From the NCBI GenBank assembly GCA_963795825.1, contig CAWCIW010000002.1, positions 164,799-228,798 on the forward strand: DNA of 64,000 nucleotides. Direction: 5' to 3'. Origin of the DNA: an uncultured Alphaproteobacteria bacterium (GTDB lineage: Bacteria > Pseudomonadota > Alphaproteobacteria > Acetobacterales > Acetobacteraceae). The notes beneath the pieces were generated by a model. It did no database searches. It saw only the letters and a program-made list of their open reading frames with translations, and was not told the DNA's origin. The translations under genes were made by a program, and so were the position numbers. Positions 1-10,443 of the stretch are shown here, piece by piece (the first letter of the stretch is position 1; every line of letters starts with the position of its first letter).

Positions 1-622
1 CCAGGGTCGCCATCGCGCCGGCATCGTTCGTCCGGAACGCCAGCCTGGCCGCCGCCCCCGCCTGCGCCGGCCCCGCCAGCCGCGCTACCTCGCGCCGTGC
101 CGCGCCCACATCGGTGCCGAGCAGCCGCTCGAACCGCGCCGCCTCGTCCGCCGGCCCGACCGCGCCGGACCACCTGGCCAGGAACGCCGCCTCGTCGGCC
201 GCCCCGCTCAGCCCGGCCACCCAGGCCGCGCGCGCCCAATGCGCGGCCTGCCTGGCGTCGCCGGACACCGCATCCGCGCAGCGCAGCAGGGCGGCGGCCG
301 CGGCCGGTGCCCGCGCGCGGCAAAGATCGGCCGCCACATGCCCGTCGGTCTCCAGCACCAGCGCCTCGCCGTAGCGCTTCTCCAGCGTCGCCTGGTCCGG
401 CCAGGCCGGATGCGCCGCCAGGAAATCCGCCAGTTCCCGCGCACTCGCCTGGCCGGGGTTCAGCAGGCGGATGAAATCGACCAGCTCCGGCGCCAGGGGG
501 TCCGGATCGGCCGCCGCCATCGCCCTTGCGGCGGGCCAGTCATTGGCGCGCAGGGCCTGCAGGATCGGCGTTTGCGCGTTGGCCGGTATAGCGAAAAGCA
601 GCAGGAGGAGTATGCGGCGCAT
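1..622 (-). CDS. Soluble lytic murein transglycosylase (Slt-like), N-terminal part, runs off the window
   Basis: Hand translation from ATG 622: [17 protein letters not shown] (signal peptide)...[17 protein letters not shown]. Sits divergently next to dapA-smpB as in other Alphaproteobacteria. Catalytic domain not in window. Confidence 0.65.
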   Translation of the reverse strand, partial: MRRILLLLLFAIPANAQTPILQALRANDWPAARAMAAADPDPLAPELVDFIRLLNPGQASARELADFLAAHPAWPDQATLEKRYGEALVLETDGHVAADLCRARAPAAAAALLRCADAVSGDARQAAHWARAAWVAGLSGAADEAAFLARWSGAVGPADEAARFERLLGTDVGAARREVARLAGPAQAGAAARLAFRTNDAGAMATL

Positions 623-647
623 GGCGTATTGGGCGGGCGGGAAGTCA

Positions 648-705
648 GAAAGCAAGCAGTCCTTTTTTGCAAAAAAGGACCAAAAAACTTTTGCTCCCTG
701 TCGGC
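648..705. repeat. Palindromic repeat family, solo left arm
   Basis: GAAAGCAAGCAGTCCTTTTTTGCAAAAAAGGACCAAAAAACTTTTGCTCCCTGTCGG. Confidence 0.9.
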
Positions 706-777
706 GGCACGCCGGCAGATGCCTTCCGTCACGGCACAAAACTGCTTACCACCGAGGCTGCGCTACTGGAGTTTGCC

Positions 778-1660
778 ATGTTCTCGGGGTCGATCGTTGC
801 CCTTATCACGCCTATGCGGGAAGACGGCAGCCTCGACGAGGCGGCCTACGGCGCGTTCGTCGCGTGGCAGATCGCGCAGGGCACCCAGGGCGTGGTTCCC
901 GTCGGCACCACCGGGGAGAGCCCCACGCTCAGCCACGCCGAACACCAGCGTGCCATCGAGATCGCGGTGGAGGCCGCCGCGCGCCGTGTGCCGGTGATCG
1001 CCGGCGCCGGCTCGAACAGCACCGCCGAAGCCGTCTCGCTCGCCCGCCACGCGCGCGCGGCGGGGGCGGACGCGATCATGGCCGTCACGCCATACTACAA
1101 CAAACCGAGCCAGGAAGGCCTCTTCCTGCACTATATGGCGATCGCCGACGCCGCCGACCTGCCGCTCATCATCTACAACATCCCCGGCCGCAGCGTGATC
1201 GACATGTCGGTGGAAACCATGGCCCGCCTGGCGCGGCACCCGAACATCGTGGGCGTGAAGGACGCCACCGCGAACCTCGCCCGCCCGCTGCATACGCGGC
1301 GCGCCTGCGGGGCGGCCTTCGTGCAGCTCTCCGGCGAGGACCACACCGTGCTGCCGTTCCTGGCCGCCGGCGGCCATGGCTGCATCTCGGTCACCGCCAA
1401 CGTGGCGCCGCGCCATTGCGCGAACATCCATGCGGCCTGGGCAGAGGGGCGCGTGGCCGACGCGATCGCCCTGCAGGACAGCGCTGCTGCCGCTGCACGA
1501 CGCCTTGTTCTGCGAGAGCAACCCGGGGCCGGTGAAATACGCCGCCTCGCTGCTCGGCCACACCCACGCGCACACGCGGCTGCCGCTGGCCCCAGTGTCC
1601 GAAGGCGGACGCGCGCGGGTGCGGGCGGCGTTGGTTGAGGTGGGGCTGCTGGACGCGTAG
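778..1660 (+). CDS. dapA: 4-hydroxy-tetrahydrodipicolinate synthase (+1 indel near 1480)
   Basis: [36 protein letters not shown]-terminus [13 protein letters not shown] lies in the adjacent frame (ORF 1376-1660). Confidence 0.95.
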
Positions 1661-1717
1661 GATGGCCCACCCTCCCGCGATTGCCGGGCGGCGCGCATCA
1701 GAGAGAGCCCTCGCAGT

Positions 1718-2209
1718 TTGGCCGACAAGAAAACCAAGTCCGGTCTGATCACCCACGGCATGGCGGCGCAGAACCGCAAGGCGCGGTTCGACTATACCAT
1801 CAAGGAAACCGTGGAAGCCGGCATCGTGCTGCGCGGGCCCGAGGTCAAATCCCTGCGCCACGGCCGCGCCACCATAAACGAAGCCTGGGCCGGCGAACGC
1901 GACGGCGAGCTGTTCCTGTTCGGCTGCCACATCCCCGAATACCAGGCCGGCGTGCTCTCGCGTTTCGAGCCGCGCGCGCCGCGCAAGCTGCTGCTGCACA
2001 AGAAGCAGATCGGCAAACTCATCGCGGAGACCACGCGCAATGGCTTCACGCTGGTTCCGCTGGATATCCATTTCAACGACAAGGGAATCGCCAAGGTGGT
2101 GCTTGGCGTGGGGCAGGGGCGCAACAAGGCGGATAAGCGCCATGCTATCGCGGACAGGGACTGGCAGCGCGACAAGGCGCGTATCATGCGCGACAAGGGG
2201 CGGGAGTGA
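1718..2209 (+). CDS. smpB: SsrA-binding protein
   Basis: NRKARFDY, EAGIVLRGPEVKSLR, RKLLLHK, DKRHAIADRDW. Confidence 0.97.
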   Translation: MADKKTKSGLITHGMAAQNRKARFDYTIKETVEAGIVLRGPEVKSLRHGRATINEAWAGERDGELFLFGCHIPEYQAGVLSRFEPRAPRKLLLHKKQIGKLIAETTRNGFTLVPLDIHFNDKGIAKVVLGVGQGRNKADKRHAIADRDWQRDKARIMRDKGRE

Positions 2210-2230
2210 GTGTTCTGCTGTCCGGCAGAT

Positions 2231-2292
2231 AAGTAAGAAAGTAGTCCTTTTTCGAGAAAAAGGACCAAAAAGCTTTTGCTGTGACGACTGCC
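2231..2292. repeat. Palindromic repeat family, solo left arm followed by decayed core
   Basis: AAGTAAGAAAGTAGTCCTTTTTCGAGAAAAAGGACCAAAAAGCTTTTGCTGTGACG. Confidence 0.9.
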
Positions 2293-2565
2293 CGGTGATC
2301 GTGGCTTTTGCTGCCGGCGCATCTATTTGCAATTTGAGCGAGCGGCGCGTTTGCAATCGGCATGTTTTTTGAAGTTTTGGATTGCGCGTATCGCGAGGTG
2401 CGGCGCGCGAACGGATTGCCTGCCGGCCGGTTAAAAAATCAGCATCTTTCCGCACGGCGTAATTCCTGCGAGATAACCATCGGTTGCAAATTGGCACGTA
2501 GTTTCTCGCATCCCGCGTTGCAGATCTGCCTTCCACCCCATCTCCAGCCGTGCTCTTCTGGCAGC

Positions 2566-2874
2566 ATGTCCCCCGACGAACTCATCGATCTCCGCCGCAG
2601 CATCGACAATATCGACGCGGCGCTCATCCATCTTCTCGCCGAACGTTTCAAGTGCACCCAGCAGGTCGGCCGGCTCAAAGCGCGCCTCGGCCTGCCGGCC
2701 TCCGATCCGGCGCGCGAAGCCCAGCAGGTGGCGCGACTGCGCGCGCTTGCGGAGGATGCCCGTCTCGATCCGGAGTTCGCCGAAAAATTCCTCGCTTTTG
2801 TCGTGCGCGAGGTCATCCAGCATCATGAGTCGCTCAGCGCGCAGGCAAATGCCGGCGCCCTCTCGACAGATTGA
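2566..2874 (+). CDS. Chorismate mutase (AroQ type)
   Basis: LRRSIDNIDAALIHLLAERFKCTQQVGRLK...DPAREAQQVARLR. Confidence 0.9.
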   Translation: MSPDELIDLRRSIDNIDAALIHLLAERFKCTQQVGRLKARLGLPASDPAREAQQVARLRALAEDARLDPEFAEKFLAFVVREVIQHHESLSAQANAGALSTD

Positions 2875-2929
2875 TTGCAACCCCGAAACACCATGCCGGT
2901 TAGCAATCCGAACCAGCCAGGGTCGGACC

Positions 2930-4015
2930 ATGTCGCGCATTGTCGTTGCCATTCCCGTAAAGGACGAAGCCGCTCTGATCGGTGACTGCCTGCGCGCGCT
3001 CGCGCTGCAGCAGGGCAGCGAAAAGGCCGACATCCTTCTCCTGGTCAACAACAGCACAGACGGCACGGCCGATATCGCGCGGGCGCTGCGCCCCACGCTG
3101 CCCTGCGGCCTGCATATCCTCGAGCATAATTTCGCCCCCGCCCAGGCAAATGCCGGCAACGCGCGTCGGCTGGCGATGTCCAAGGCGGCGATGATCACCG
3201 ATCCGGGCGGTTTCGTGCTGACAACGGATGCCGATGGCTGCGTGGCACCTGACTGGCTGTCGTTGAATGTGCAGGCATTCCGGGCGGGTGCGGATGTGGT
3301 GTGCGGCCGCGCCGTCATCGACCCTGTCGATGCTTTGCGCATTCCCGGGCATCTGCACGAGGACGACGAACTCGAGGTCCAATACGCGACGCAGCTCGAT
3401 CGGATCGCCTGCGCGGTCGATCCGAGCCATTCCGATCCGTGGCCGCGCCATACGGAAGAGTTGGGCGCCAGCATTGCGGTCCGGCGCGACAGTTTCCTGG
3501 CGGCCGGTGGCGTTCCGGCCGTGCGGTCCGGCGAGGATCGCGCGCTCGTCGACGCGCTGCGCCGCATCGACGCGCGTATCCGGCATGAACCCGACATCAC
3601 CGTCAGCGTGTCCGGCCGCACCAACGGCCGGGCCGCGGGCGGCATGGCGGATACGATACGACGACGCATACAATGCCAGGATGCGACGCTCGACAGCGCG
3701 CTGGAGCCGGCCGCCAACCGGATCGCGCGGGTGATCGCGCGCCGCCTGATGCGTGCGGCCTGGAGCACGACCGAGGATCGCGGCCGGCATCTCGACCATC
3801 TGGTGCGGTTGTTGGAGCTGCCTTACGTTCAGTTGGAAGGCTGGCTGGCGCTGCCGTATTTCGGCGCAGCCTGGGCATTGGCGGAAGCAGCAAGCCCCAA
3901 TCTGCGCCACGAGCTTGTGCCGCGCTCGAACGTAGAGCGGGAATCGTCCGAAGCACGCGCCTTCCTGGCGAGCCTTGCCGCCGAAGACTTGCGCACATTA
4001 CAACCGGACCGATAA
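2930..4015 (+). CDS. Glycosyltransferase family 2
   Basis: VVAIPVKDE, NNSTDGT, TTDAD (DxD), GEDRAL motifs. Confidence 0.88.
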   Translation: MSRIVVAIPVKDEAALIGDCLRALALQQGSEKADILLLVNNSTDGTADIARALRPTLPCGLHILEHNFAPAQANAGNARRLAMSKAAMITDPGGFVLTTDADGCVAPDWLSLNVQAFRAGADVVCGRAVIDPVDALRIPGHLHEDDELEVQYATQLDRIACAVDPSHSDPWPRHTEELGASIAVRRDSFLAAGGVPAVRSGEDRALVDALRRIDARIRHEPDITVSVSGRTNGRAAGGMADTIRRRIQCQDATLDSALEPAANRIARVIARRLMRAAWSTTEDRGRHLDHLVRLLELPYVQLEGWLALPYFGAAWALAEAASPNLRHELVPRSNVERESSEARAFLASLAAEDLRTLQPDR

Positions 4016-4034
4016 GAAAACCGAAAATCCAGCA

Positions 4035-4214
4035 GGCAAGAAGCAGTCCTTTTTCGAGAAAAAGGACCAAAAAGCTTTTGCTCCGACGCCTGCACCAGGG
4101 CTTACGCTCCTATTGCCAGTTGATGCGGTTGCAATCGTAGCCAAATCCGCGTGCAGGCGTCATAGCAAAAGCTTTTTGCTTCTTTTTCTCGAAAAAGAAG
4201 GCCTTTCTTCCTTG
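4035..4214. repeat. Palindromic repeat family, full element, long core
   Basis: GTCC-type left arm and CTTC-type right arm in inverted orientation; inner IR GACGCCTGCAC...GTGCAGGCGTC. Confidence 0.95.
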
Positions 4215-4247
4215 CTGCCGACGAGTCAGTCCCAGGACGGGCTGGTA

Positions 4248-5099
4248 TTACTTCTCCCGCCCAACACCCCGACCCGCCAGATCCTGAATATACTGCCAGG
4301 CCACCCGCCCGGACCGGGATCCCCGCCCCGAAGCCCAGGCCAAAGCATCGCGCGGTTCCGCCACCAACCCCAGCTCCGCCGCATAGCCCGCGACCATCGC
4401 CAGATACGTCGCCTGGTCGCAGGAATGGAACCCGAGCCACAGCCCGAAGCGGTCCGACAGCGACACCTTTTCCTCCACCGCCTCACCCGGCGAGATCGCG
4501 GTGGCCGCCTCGTTTTCTATCATGTCGCGCGGCATCAGATGCCGGCGGTTGCTGGTGGCGTAGAACAGCACGTTGTCCGGACGCCCCTCGATGCCGCCGT
4601 CGAGCACGGATTTCAGCGCCTTGTAATCCGCATCCTCGCGCTCGAACGAGAGATCGTCGCAGAACACCAGAACGCGCCTGTCCTGCTGGCGCAGCATCTC
4701 CAGCAATCCCGGCAGCGTGGCGATATCCTCGCGATGTATTTCGATCAGCGCGAGGCTGCCCGGCGCCTGCGCCAAAGCTTCCGCATGCACCGCTTTCACC
4801 AGGCTGGATTTGCCCATGCCGCGCGCGCCCCACAACATCGCGTTGTTAGCCGGCCGGCCGGCCGCGAAGCGCAGCGTGTTTGCCAGCAGGGTATCGCGCG
4901 CGCGATCGATGCCGTGCAGCAGGCGCAGCTCCACCCGCGCTACGCGTTGCACCGGCAGGAGCTGCCCGCCTTTGCCCTGTGCGGCGGGTTGCCACACAAA
5001 GGCATCCGCGCCGCCCAGCGCGAGACGTGGCGGCACAGCGGGCGCCAGGCGCTCGAGTGCGCTGGCGATGCGTTCCAGGAGCGCCTGCGTCTCATCCAT
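4248..5099 (-). CDS. DUF815-family AAA+ ATP-binding protein
   Basis: ANNAMLWGARGMGKSSLVKA, FCDDLSFE, YATSNRRHL, EEKVSLSDRFGLWLGF. Confidence 0.9.
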   Translation of the reverse strand: MDETQALLERIASALERLAPAVPPRLALGGADAFVWQPAAQGKGGQLLPVQRVARVELRLLHGIDRARDTLLANTLRFAAGRPANNAMLWGARGMGKSSLVKAVHAEALAQAPGSLALIEIHREDIATLPGLLEMLRQQDRRVLVFCDDLSFEREDADYKALKSVLDGGIEGRPDNVLFYATSNRRHLMPRDMIENEAATAISPGEAVEEKVSLSDRFGLWLGFHSCDQATYLAMVAGYAAELGLVAEPRDALAWASGRGSRSGRVAWQYIQDLAGRGVGREK

Positions 5100-5210
5100 G
5101 GAGGGAGGCCGGGCGCGGATGCTTGACGGGCATAGGCTGGAACCTATGGTGCGCCGCATCCAGCCGCAACCCGGCCAGGCCACGCGCCATCTTCGTCAGG
5201 ATACCCGCAC

Positions 5211-5564
5211 ATGCCGTCTCTGATTTCGTCCGCCTACGCCCAGGAAGCCGCCGGTGGCGGGGTCGCCAGCGCGCAGATCCTGCAATTCCTGCCGTATATC
5301 CTGATCTTCGTGGTGTTCTATTTCCTGATGATACGGCCGCAGCAGCAGCAGCAGAAAACGCTGAAGGCGCAGCTTGCGGCGATCAAGCGGGGCGATCGGG
5401 TGCTTACGGGGGGCGGCATACTTGGCGTGGTGCAGAAAGTGCGTGAAGGCGCCAACGAAGTGGAGGTCGAGATCGCGCCTAACGTGCGTGTGCTGGTGGC
5501 GCGGGATACGATTTCTACCGTGTTGAATCCTGCTACGCCGGTGGCGGCCAACGACGCCAAGTAA
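5211..5564 (+). CDS. yajC: Preprotein translocase subunit YajC
   Basis: IFVVFYFLMIRPQQ...GDRVLTGGGILG. Confidence 0.95.
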   Translation: MPSLISSAYAQEAAGGGVASAQILQFLPYILIFVVFYFLMIRPQQQQQKTLKAQLAAIKRGDRVLTGGGILGVVQKVREGANEVEVEIAPNVRVLVARDTISTVLNPATPVAANDAK

Positions 5565-5622
5565 GGAAGCAAGGCCTTCTTTTCTGAAGAAAAGAAGCAA
5601 AAGACTTTTGACTCCGCTGTCG
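5559..5622. repeat. Palindromic repeat family, solo left arm overlapping the yajC stop
   Basis: AAGTAAGGAAGCAAGGCCTTCTTTTCTGAAGAAAAGAAGCAAAAGACTTTTG. Confidence 0.9.
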
Positions 5623-5633
5623 CCGGGTTTGCT

Positions 5634-5897
5634 TTAGGCGCTTCGGAGGCGGCGGGCGTTGGCGGTGGCTTTTTTGTGGAAGGGGCGCAGGACGGTTTCT
5701 GTGCCCTGGCCGGTCAGCAGGGCTATGCTGGCTTGCTGCATCGCCTGCATTTTCTCGTGCACCATGCGCTCGTATTCGCCGGTGGTGCAGGCGCCTGTCG
5801 CGATCAGCGCGGTGCGGTGCCACACCGTCTCCCACGAAGCTATCGCCAGCTCCGCGAACATCATCGGCACGGCAAACGCTGCTGGTGTACTGGCCAT
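5634..5897 (-). CDS. Small hypothetical protein (87 aa)
   Basis: MASTPAAF...EYERMVHEK...LRPFHKKATANARRL; resembles a recurrent small alphaproteobacterial family (from recall). Confidence 0.65.
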   Translation of the reverse strand: MASTPAAFAVPMMFAELAIASWETVWHRTALIATGACTTGEYERMVHEKMQAMQQASIALLTGQGTETVLRPFHKKATANARRLRSA

Positions 5898-5950
5898 GTT
5901 TCGCTCCGATTGGAAATACGCGGGGCGGCTTGCCCCGCGCATACATAGCA

Positions 5951-6553
5951 TCAGGCGGCGGCGAGCTGCGCTTCGGCAAACTCGTAATTGGCGAGCTTGT
6001 CGAGATAGTTGGTGATGTAATCCGGGCGGCGATTGCGGAAATCGAGGTAGTAGCTGTGCTCCCACACATCGAGGCCAAGCAGAACCTTGCCCTCGCCGGT
6101 GGCCAGCGGGTTCGAGCCGTTCGGCGTTTTCGTCACCGCCAGCTTGCCGTCCTTGCCCAGGATCAGCCAGGCCCAGCCGGAACCGAACTGGCCGATCGCG
6201 GCCGCCTTGAAGGCTTCCTTGAACTTCTCGGCGCCGCCGAGATCACTGTCGATCTTGGCCGCCAGCTTGCCGGGCATCTGGCCGCCCTTGGGCGACAGGT
6301 TCTGCCAGAACAGGATGTGATTCCAATGCTGGCCGGCATTGTTGAAAACTGGGCCCGGGGTCTGCGCGGTCATCGTCACGATCTCGTCCAGGCTCTTGCC
6401 CTGCAGCGAGGAATCCTTCTCGACGAACCCGTTGAGCGCGGTCACGTAAGCCTGGTGATGCTTGTCGTGATGCAACTCGAGAGTCTCCTGGCACATGCCG
6501 GCGCCGGCAAGCGCGTTTTTCTCGAAGGGAAGGGGGGGCAGTTCGAAAGCCAT
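5951..6553 (-). CDS. sodB: Fe/Mn superoxide dismutase
   Basis: MAFELPPLP, LHHDKHHQAYV, NHILFW, FGSGWAWL, DVWEHSYYLDF. Confidence 0.93.
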   Translation of the reverse strand: MAFELPPLPFEKNALAGAGMCQETLELHHDKHHQAYVTALNGFVEKDSSLQGKSLDEIVTMTAQTPGPVFNNAGQHWNHILFWQNLSPKGGQMPGKLAAKIDSDLGGAEKFKEAFKAAAIGQFGSGWAWLILGKDGKLAVTKTPNGSNPLATGEGKVLLGLDVWEHSYYLDFRNRRPDYITNYLDKLANYEFAEAQLAAA

Positions 6554-6675
6554 GGGCGTTCTCCGTCTGATACAGGAATGCGGCGCCGGACCTGCCTGGC
6601 GCCTGCCTGCAGCCACAACGCGCCGCAGGGCTATTGTTCCATGAAGCGCGCATCAAGCACAGGCGCCCTGCGCGC

Positions 6676-7461
6676 ATGACGCAAGCGCCATCGCTGGGAA
6701 CGCTGGTCCGCCGGGTGGACCCGGACAGGTATTTCTGCGCGCTGTTCGCCCCCGACGCGCGCCGCGACACGCTGTTCACGCTGTATGCCTTCAACCACGA
6801 GCTAGCCCGGGCCTGCGAGGTGACGCGCGAGCCGGGCCTGGCACTGATACGCCTGCAATGGTGGCGCGAGGTGGTGGAGGGCGCGCGGCGCAGCCATGAG
6901 GTGGGTGGTCCGCTGGGCGATGCGCTGGCGGCGGGCGCCCTGGCGCCGGCGCACCTGCTGGCGATGATAGAGGCGCGCGAGGCGGAGGCGGAGGCCGCGT
7001 TCCCCACGCTGGCCGCCTGGCTGGCCTGGCTGGACCAAGGGGCCGGTGCGCTGGCGATGGCGGCGGCGGCGGCGCTCGGCGCGCCCTCCGACGCACTTGC
7101 CCGCATGGGCGATCTCGGCGCCGGTTACGGTGTGGCCGGCCAGTTGCGCAACGTGTCCGCATTGGCCGCCGCCGGCCGCTGTCTGTTGCCGGAGGATGTG
7201 CTGGCGGCGCACGGGCTCTCGCGCGAGGCGGTCCTCGCCGGTGTGCCGGCACCGGTATTCGCGCCTTTGCGCGCGTCGCTGGCGGCCTCCGGCCTGGCCA
7301 GGCTGGGATCACCGCAGGCCTGCCCGCGCGGGTGGATCGCCGCCGGCCTGCAAGCCGTGTTCGCCCGGCGGGACCTGTACGGCGGCGCCGGGCCGGTCGG
7401 GCGGCGCGGTTTCGGCGACCGGGCGGCGGTGCTGCGGGCCGCCCTGGTGTCGCGCTGCTGA
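6676..7461 (+). CDS. Squalene/phytoene synthase family protein (NDUFAF6-like)
   Basis: VRRVDPDRYFCALFAP...LYAFNHELAR...IRLQWWRE. Confidence 0.85.
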   Translation: MTQAPSLGTLVRRVDPDRYFCALFAPDARRDTLFTLYAFNHELARACEVTREPGLALIRLQWWREVVEGARRSHEVGGPLGDALAAGALAPAHLLAMIEAREAEAEAAFPTLAAWLAWLDQGAGALAMAAAAALGAPSDALARMGDLGAGYGVAGQLRNVSALAAAGRCLLPEDVLAAHGLSREAVLAGVPAPVFAPLRASLAASGLARLGSPQACPRGWIAAGLQAVFARRDLYGGAGPVGRRGFGDRAAVLRAALVSRC

Positions 7462-7586
7462 TCTGGCGCGATGGGCCATAAAGCGGCGTGTTTCGCCGTG
7501 CGGGGCGGGGCAGCGCGCCCGCAAGCGGGGGTTTGCGGTTGGCACGCGGCCTGCAGACCGTCTTCGTATCATCGAGGAGATCATCC

Positions 7587-8405
7587 ATGCCGATCAGCCG
7601 CATCTTCACCGACGCCATGCCGACACGCTTTGTGTTGACGCGGACGCTGGTAGCCGGCGCACTCCTGGCTGGCCTGGCCGGCACCGCCCGCGCCGGCACG
7701 CTATCCGCCACGCTGCAGGGCTCGGGCCTGGCCGTCGACACGCCCTGCGCCCGCAGTGTGGAGATCATGCCGGATGCCGGGCTGCACGGCCAGGTGACGG
7801 TCCAGGCCACCGCCGAGCACCAAGAGGAGCTCGACCATCTGCTGCTGGAATCGCGCGGCATTGTGCTGATACACACCCATCCCGGACGCTGCTGGCAGGA
7901 CGGTTTGAACACGGAGCCCACGCTGGCGCTCGTGGTGCGCGTGCCGGCGGCGTATGCGATCACCGTCGATGAGGCCGGCGCCAGCCGCTACACGATCGGG
8001 GCGGTTGGCGGGCCGTTGTCGCTGGACCTGTCCGGCGCCATCGACTTCACCGATGAGGCGGCGACGTCGGTCCAGGCGGATATCAGCGGCAGCGGCAGCC
8101 TGCATGTGGCGCGCGCCGACGGTGCCGCGCAGATCGCGGTGTCCGGGCATGCCGACATCACCGTGGAGCAGGCCGAAATGCCGACCTTGAGCATGGACAT
8201 GAGCGGCGCCGGAAGCATCGATGTGGCGCATGGCCATATCGGCCGCGCCAGGCTGGAGACGAGTGGCGCCGGCCACATGCAGATCGGCGCGGAGGTGGGC
8301 GACGCCCATGTCGAGGTATCTGGCGTAGGGTCGGTGCACTTCGCCAAGGTAACCGGGCAACTCACCAAGGAGATCAGCGGCGCCGGGTCGGTAACGGTAC
8401 AGTAA
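7587..8405 (+). CDS. Secreted DUF2807/GIN-domain protein
   Basis: GAGGAG RBS, signal peptide, repeated (I/M/V)SG(S/A)GS(I/V) beta motifs. Confidence 0.75.
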   Translation: MPISRIFTDAMPTRFVLTRTLVAGALLAGLAGTARAGTLSATLQGSGLAVDTPCARSVEIMPDAGLHGQVTVQATAEHQEELDHLLLESRGIVLIHTHPGRCWQDGLNTEPTLALVVRVPAAYAITVDEAGASRYTIGAVGGPLSLDLSGAIDFTDEAATSVQADISGSGSLHVARADGAAQIAVSGHADITVEQAEMPTLSMDMSGAGSIDVAHGHIGRARLETSGAGHMQIGAEVGDAHVEVSGVGSVHFAKVTGQLTKEISGAGSVTVQ

Positions 8406-8411
8406 CGGACA

Positions 8412-8500
8412 CTTTCGGTCCCTGTCGGGGAGATTTTCAGCAGCCGCCGACAGGGAGCAAAAGCTTTTTGGTCCTTTTTCTCGAAAAAGGACTGCTTGCT
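8412..8500. repeat. Palindromic repeat family, short core plus right arm (left arm lost)
   Basis: CCCTGTCGG...CCGACAGGGAGCAAAAGCTTTTTGGTCCTTTTTCTCGAAAAAGGACTGCTTGC. Confidence 0.9.
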
Positions 8501-8949
8501 TAAGCCGACATCACCAGCAAAGTAGAAGTAGCAGAAGCCAGCAACCGCCCGGAAGCGTCCTCCAGCCGGGCCTCGGTGAACGCCGCCCGCCGCCCGATCG
8601 ACACCACCGTGCCTGTCGCGCGTACCAGCCCGGTCGCCGATGTCATCGCCTTGTGGTAGGCAACCTTCAGCTCCAGCGTGGTGTAGCCCTGGCCGGCGGC
8701 GAGGCGCGTGTGCACCGCGCAGCCGCAGGCGGAATCCAGCAGGGCGGCCGCGTAGCCGCCATGCACGGTGCCGATCGGGTTATAGACGTGCTCGCCGGGG
8801 ACGCCCTCGAACACCACGCGCCCTTCGTCCACTTCTGCGAGCCTGAACTGCATCGTCTGCCCGATACCCGGCTGGCGTCCGCCCGCCATCAGCGCGCGCA
8901 TCTGCTCGAGGCCGGACAGGCCGGGCGCAAGCTCGTCGACCATGCTCAT
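8500..8949 (-). CDS. PaaI family thioesterase
   Basis: YNPIGTVHGGYAAALLDSACGCAV, YTTLELKV. Confidence 0.92.
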   Translation of the reverse strand: MSMVDELAPGLSGLEQMRALMAGGRQPGIGQTMQFRLAEVDEGRVVFEGVPGEHVYNPIGTVHGGYAAALLDSACGCAVHTRLAAGQGYTTLELKVAYHKAMTSATGLVRATGTVVSIGRRAAFTEARLEDASGRLLASATSTLLVMSA

Positions 8950-8960
8950 GGCGCGCGCAC

Positions 8961-10037
8961 CTAGGCGGCCATCGGGTAGTCGGTGTAGCCCTGGGCGCCC
9001 TGGCTGTACCAGGTGGCCATCTCGTCCTTGGCGAGCGCGTGGCCCGCCTGCAGGCGCGCCGGCAGGTCCGGGTTGGCGATGAACGGGCGGCCGAAGGCGA
9101 TTGCGTCGGCGACCCCGCTGTCCAGCATCGCCTGGCCGCTGCCGCCGTCATAATCCGAGTTCAGCACCAGCGGGCCGGCGAATGCGCGGCGTATGGCGGG
9201 CGCGATCAGCGGGACCACGGTTTTGACGAACGTGCTGTCCTCGAACGGCTCGCGCAGCTCCAGGAAGCCGATGCCGAGCGACGAGAGGGCTGCCGCCGCC
9301 GCGGTGAACAGGGCGGCCGGGTCGCTGTCGTCCACGCCCTGGACGAAGCCGTTTGGCGAGAGGCGCACGCTGGTGCGGTCCGCACCGGCGGTATCGGCCA
9401 CGGCCCGGGTGATCTCGGTGAGCAGGCGGGTGCGGTTGGCGATGCTGCCGCCGTAGGCATCGTCGCGGGTGTTGGTGTTGTCGCGCAGGAACTGGTCGAT
9501 CAGGTAGCCATTGGCGGCGTGAACCTGGACGCCGTCGAAGCCGGCGGCCATCGCGTTGCGGGTGGCGCGGCGGTAATCTTCGAGGAGTGCTGGGATCTCG
9601 TCGGCGCGCAGCGCGCGCGGCGTCTCGTAGGCCAGCTTGCCGTCATAGGTGTGGGCCTTGCCGGGGGCGGCGATGGCGGACGACGAGACGGGCGCTTCGC
9701 CGCCGAGGAAGCTCGGGTGGACCAGGCGGCCCATGTGCCACAACTGCATGACGATGCGGCCGCCGGCCTTGTGGACCGCCTCGGTGACCGGGCGCCAGGC
9801 GGTGGTCTGCGCGTCGTTCCAGATGCCCGGCGCGTAAGGCCAGCCGAGGCCCTGCCGGGTGATGCCGGTGGCTTCGCTGATGATCAGGCCGGCCGAGGCG
9901 CGCTGGGCGTAGTACTCGGCCATGATCGGCGTGGGCACGTGGTCGCGGGTGCTGCGACCACGGGTGAGCGGCGCCATCAGGATGCGGTTTGGCGCGTGTA
10001 TGGCGCCGAGCTGGATGGGGTCGAACAGAGTGGGCAT
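8961..10037 (-). CDS. Alkene reductase, old yellow enzyme (NemA-like)
   Basis: MAPLTRGR, QLWHMGR, HAANGYLIDQFL, FGRPFIANPDL. Confidence 0.93.
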   Translation of the reverse strand: MPTLFDPIQLGAIHAPNRILMAPLTRGRSTRDHVPTPIMAEYYAQRASAGLIISEATGITRQGLGWPYAPGIWNDAQTTAWRPVTEAVHKAGGRIVMQLWHMGRLVHPSFLGGEAPVSSSAIAAPGKAHTYDGKLAYETPRALRADEIPALLEDYRRATRNAMAAGFDGVQVHAANGYLIDQFLRDNTNTRDDAYGGSIANRTRLLTEITRAVADTAGADRTSVRLSPNGFVQGVDDSDPAALFTAAAAALSSLGIGFLELREPFEDSTFVKTVVPLIAPAIRRAFAGPLVLNSDYDGGSGQAMLDSGVADAIAFGRPFIANPDLPARLQAGHALAKDEMATWYSQGAQGYTDYPMAA

Positions 10038-10209
10038 GCGATCTCCTGGAAGCGCCTTCGCTGGCGCAGGTGTGTGGGCGGAGATCGCGACACAAGGGGC
10101 GTTCCCGGCAGGGCTCCCATTCCCCGCCTGCCCGCGACAGCATGTGGCAAGGGTTTTTTGCTAACAACAAGGCGTTATACCAACGCGGCTTGGGCCTGGC
10201 TGATCGGCA

Positions 10210-10393
10210 GCAAGGAAGAAAGGCCTTCTTTTTCGAGAAAAAGAAGCAAAAAGCTTTTGCTGTGACGCCTGCACGGGGAGTTGGCTAATATTGCAACCGC
10301 ATCGACCTGCAATACGAGCGTAGGCTCTGGTGCAATCGTCGGAGCAAAAGCTTTTTGGTCCTTTTTCTCGAAAAAGGACTGCTTTCTTACTTG
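10210..10393. repeat. Palindromic repeat family, full element, long core (opposite orientation to 4035)
   Basis: CTTC-type left arm, GTCC-type right arm; core is the reverse-complement homolog of the 4081-4165 core. Confidence 0.95.
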
Positions 10394-10443
10394 CGCGATC
10401 TCAATCGCGTTGGTGGTATCTCCTTACGCTTACTCCCGAACAA

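Noticed and set aside
2210-2565. tmRNA or other structured RNA gene downstream of smpB
   Set aside because: No tRNA-like ends or tag reading frame recognised. The region is a repeat arm with a decayed core followed by promoter-like sequence.
3975-5126. Many ORF-track proteins sharing peptides such as KQSFFEKKDQKAFA, KSFLVLFLEKGLL and [10 protein letters not shown]
   Set aside because: These are translations of the repeat arms joined to shadow frames, not a protein family. The one exception is the in-frame arm at 52116.
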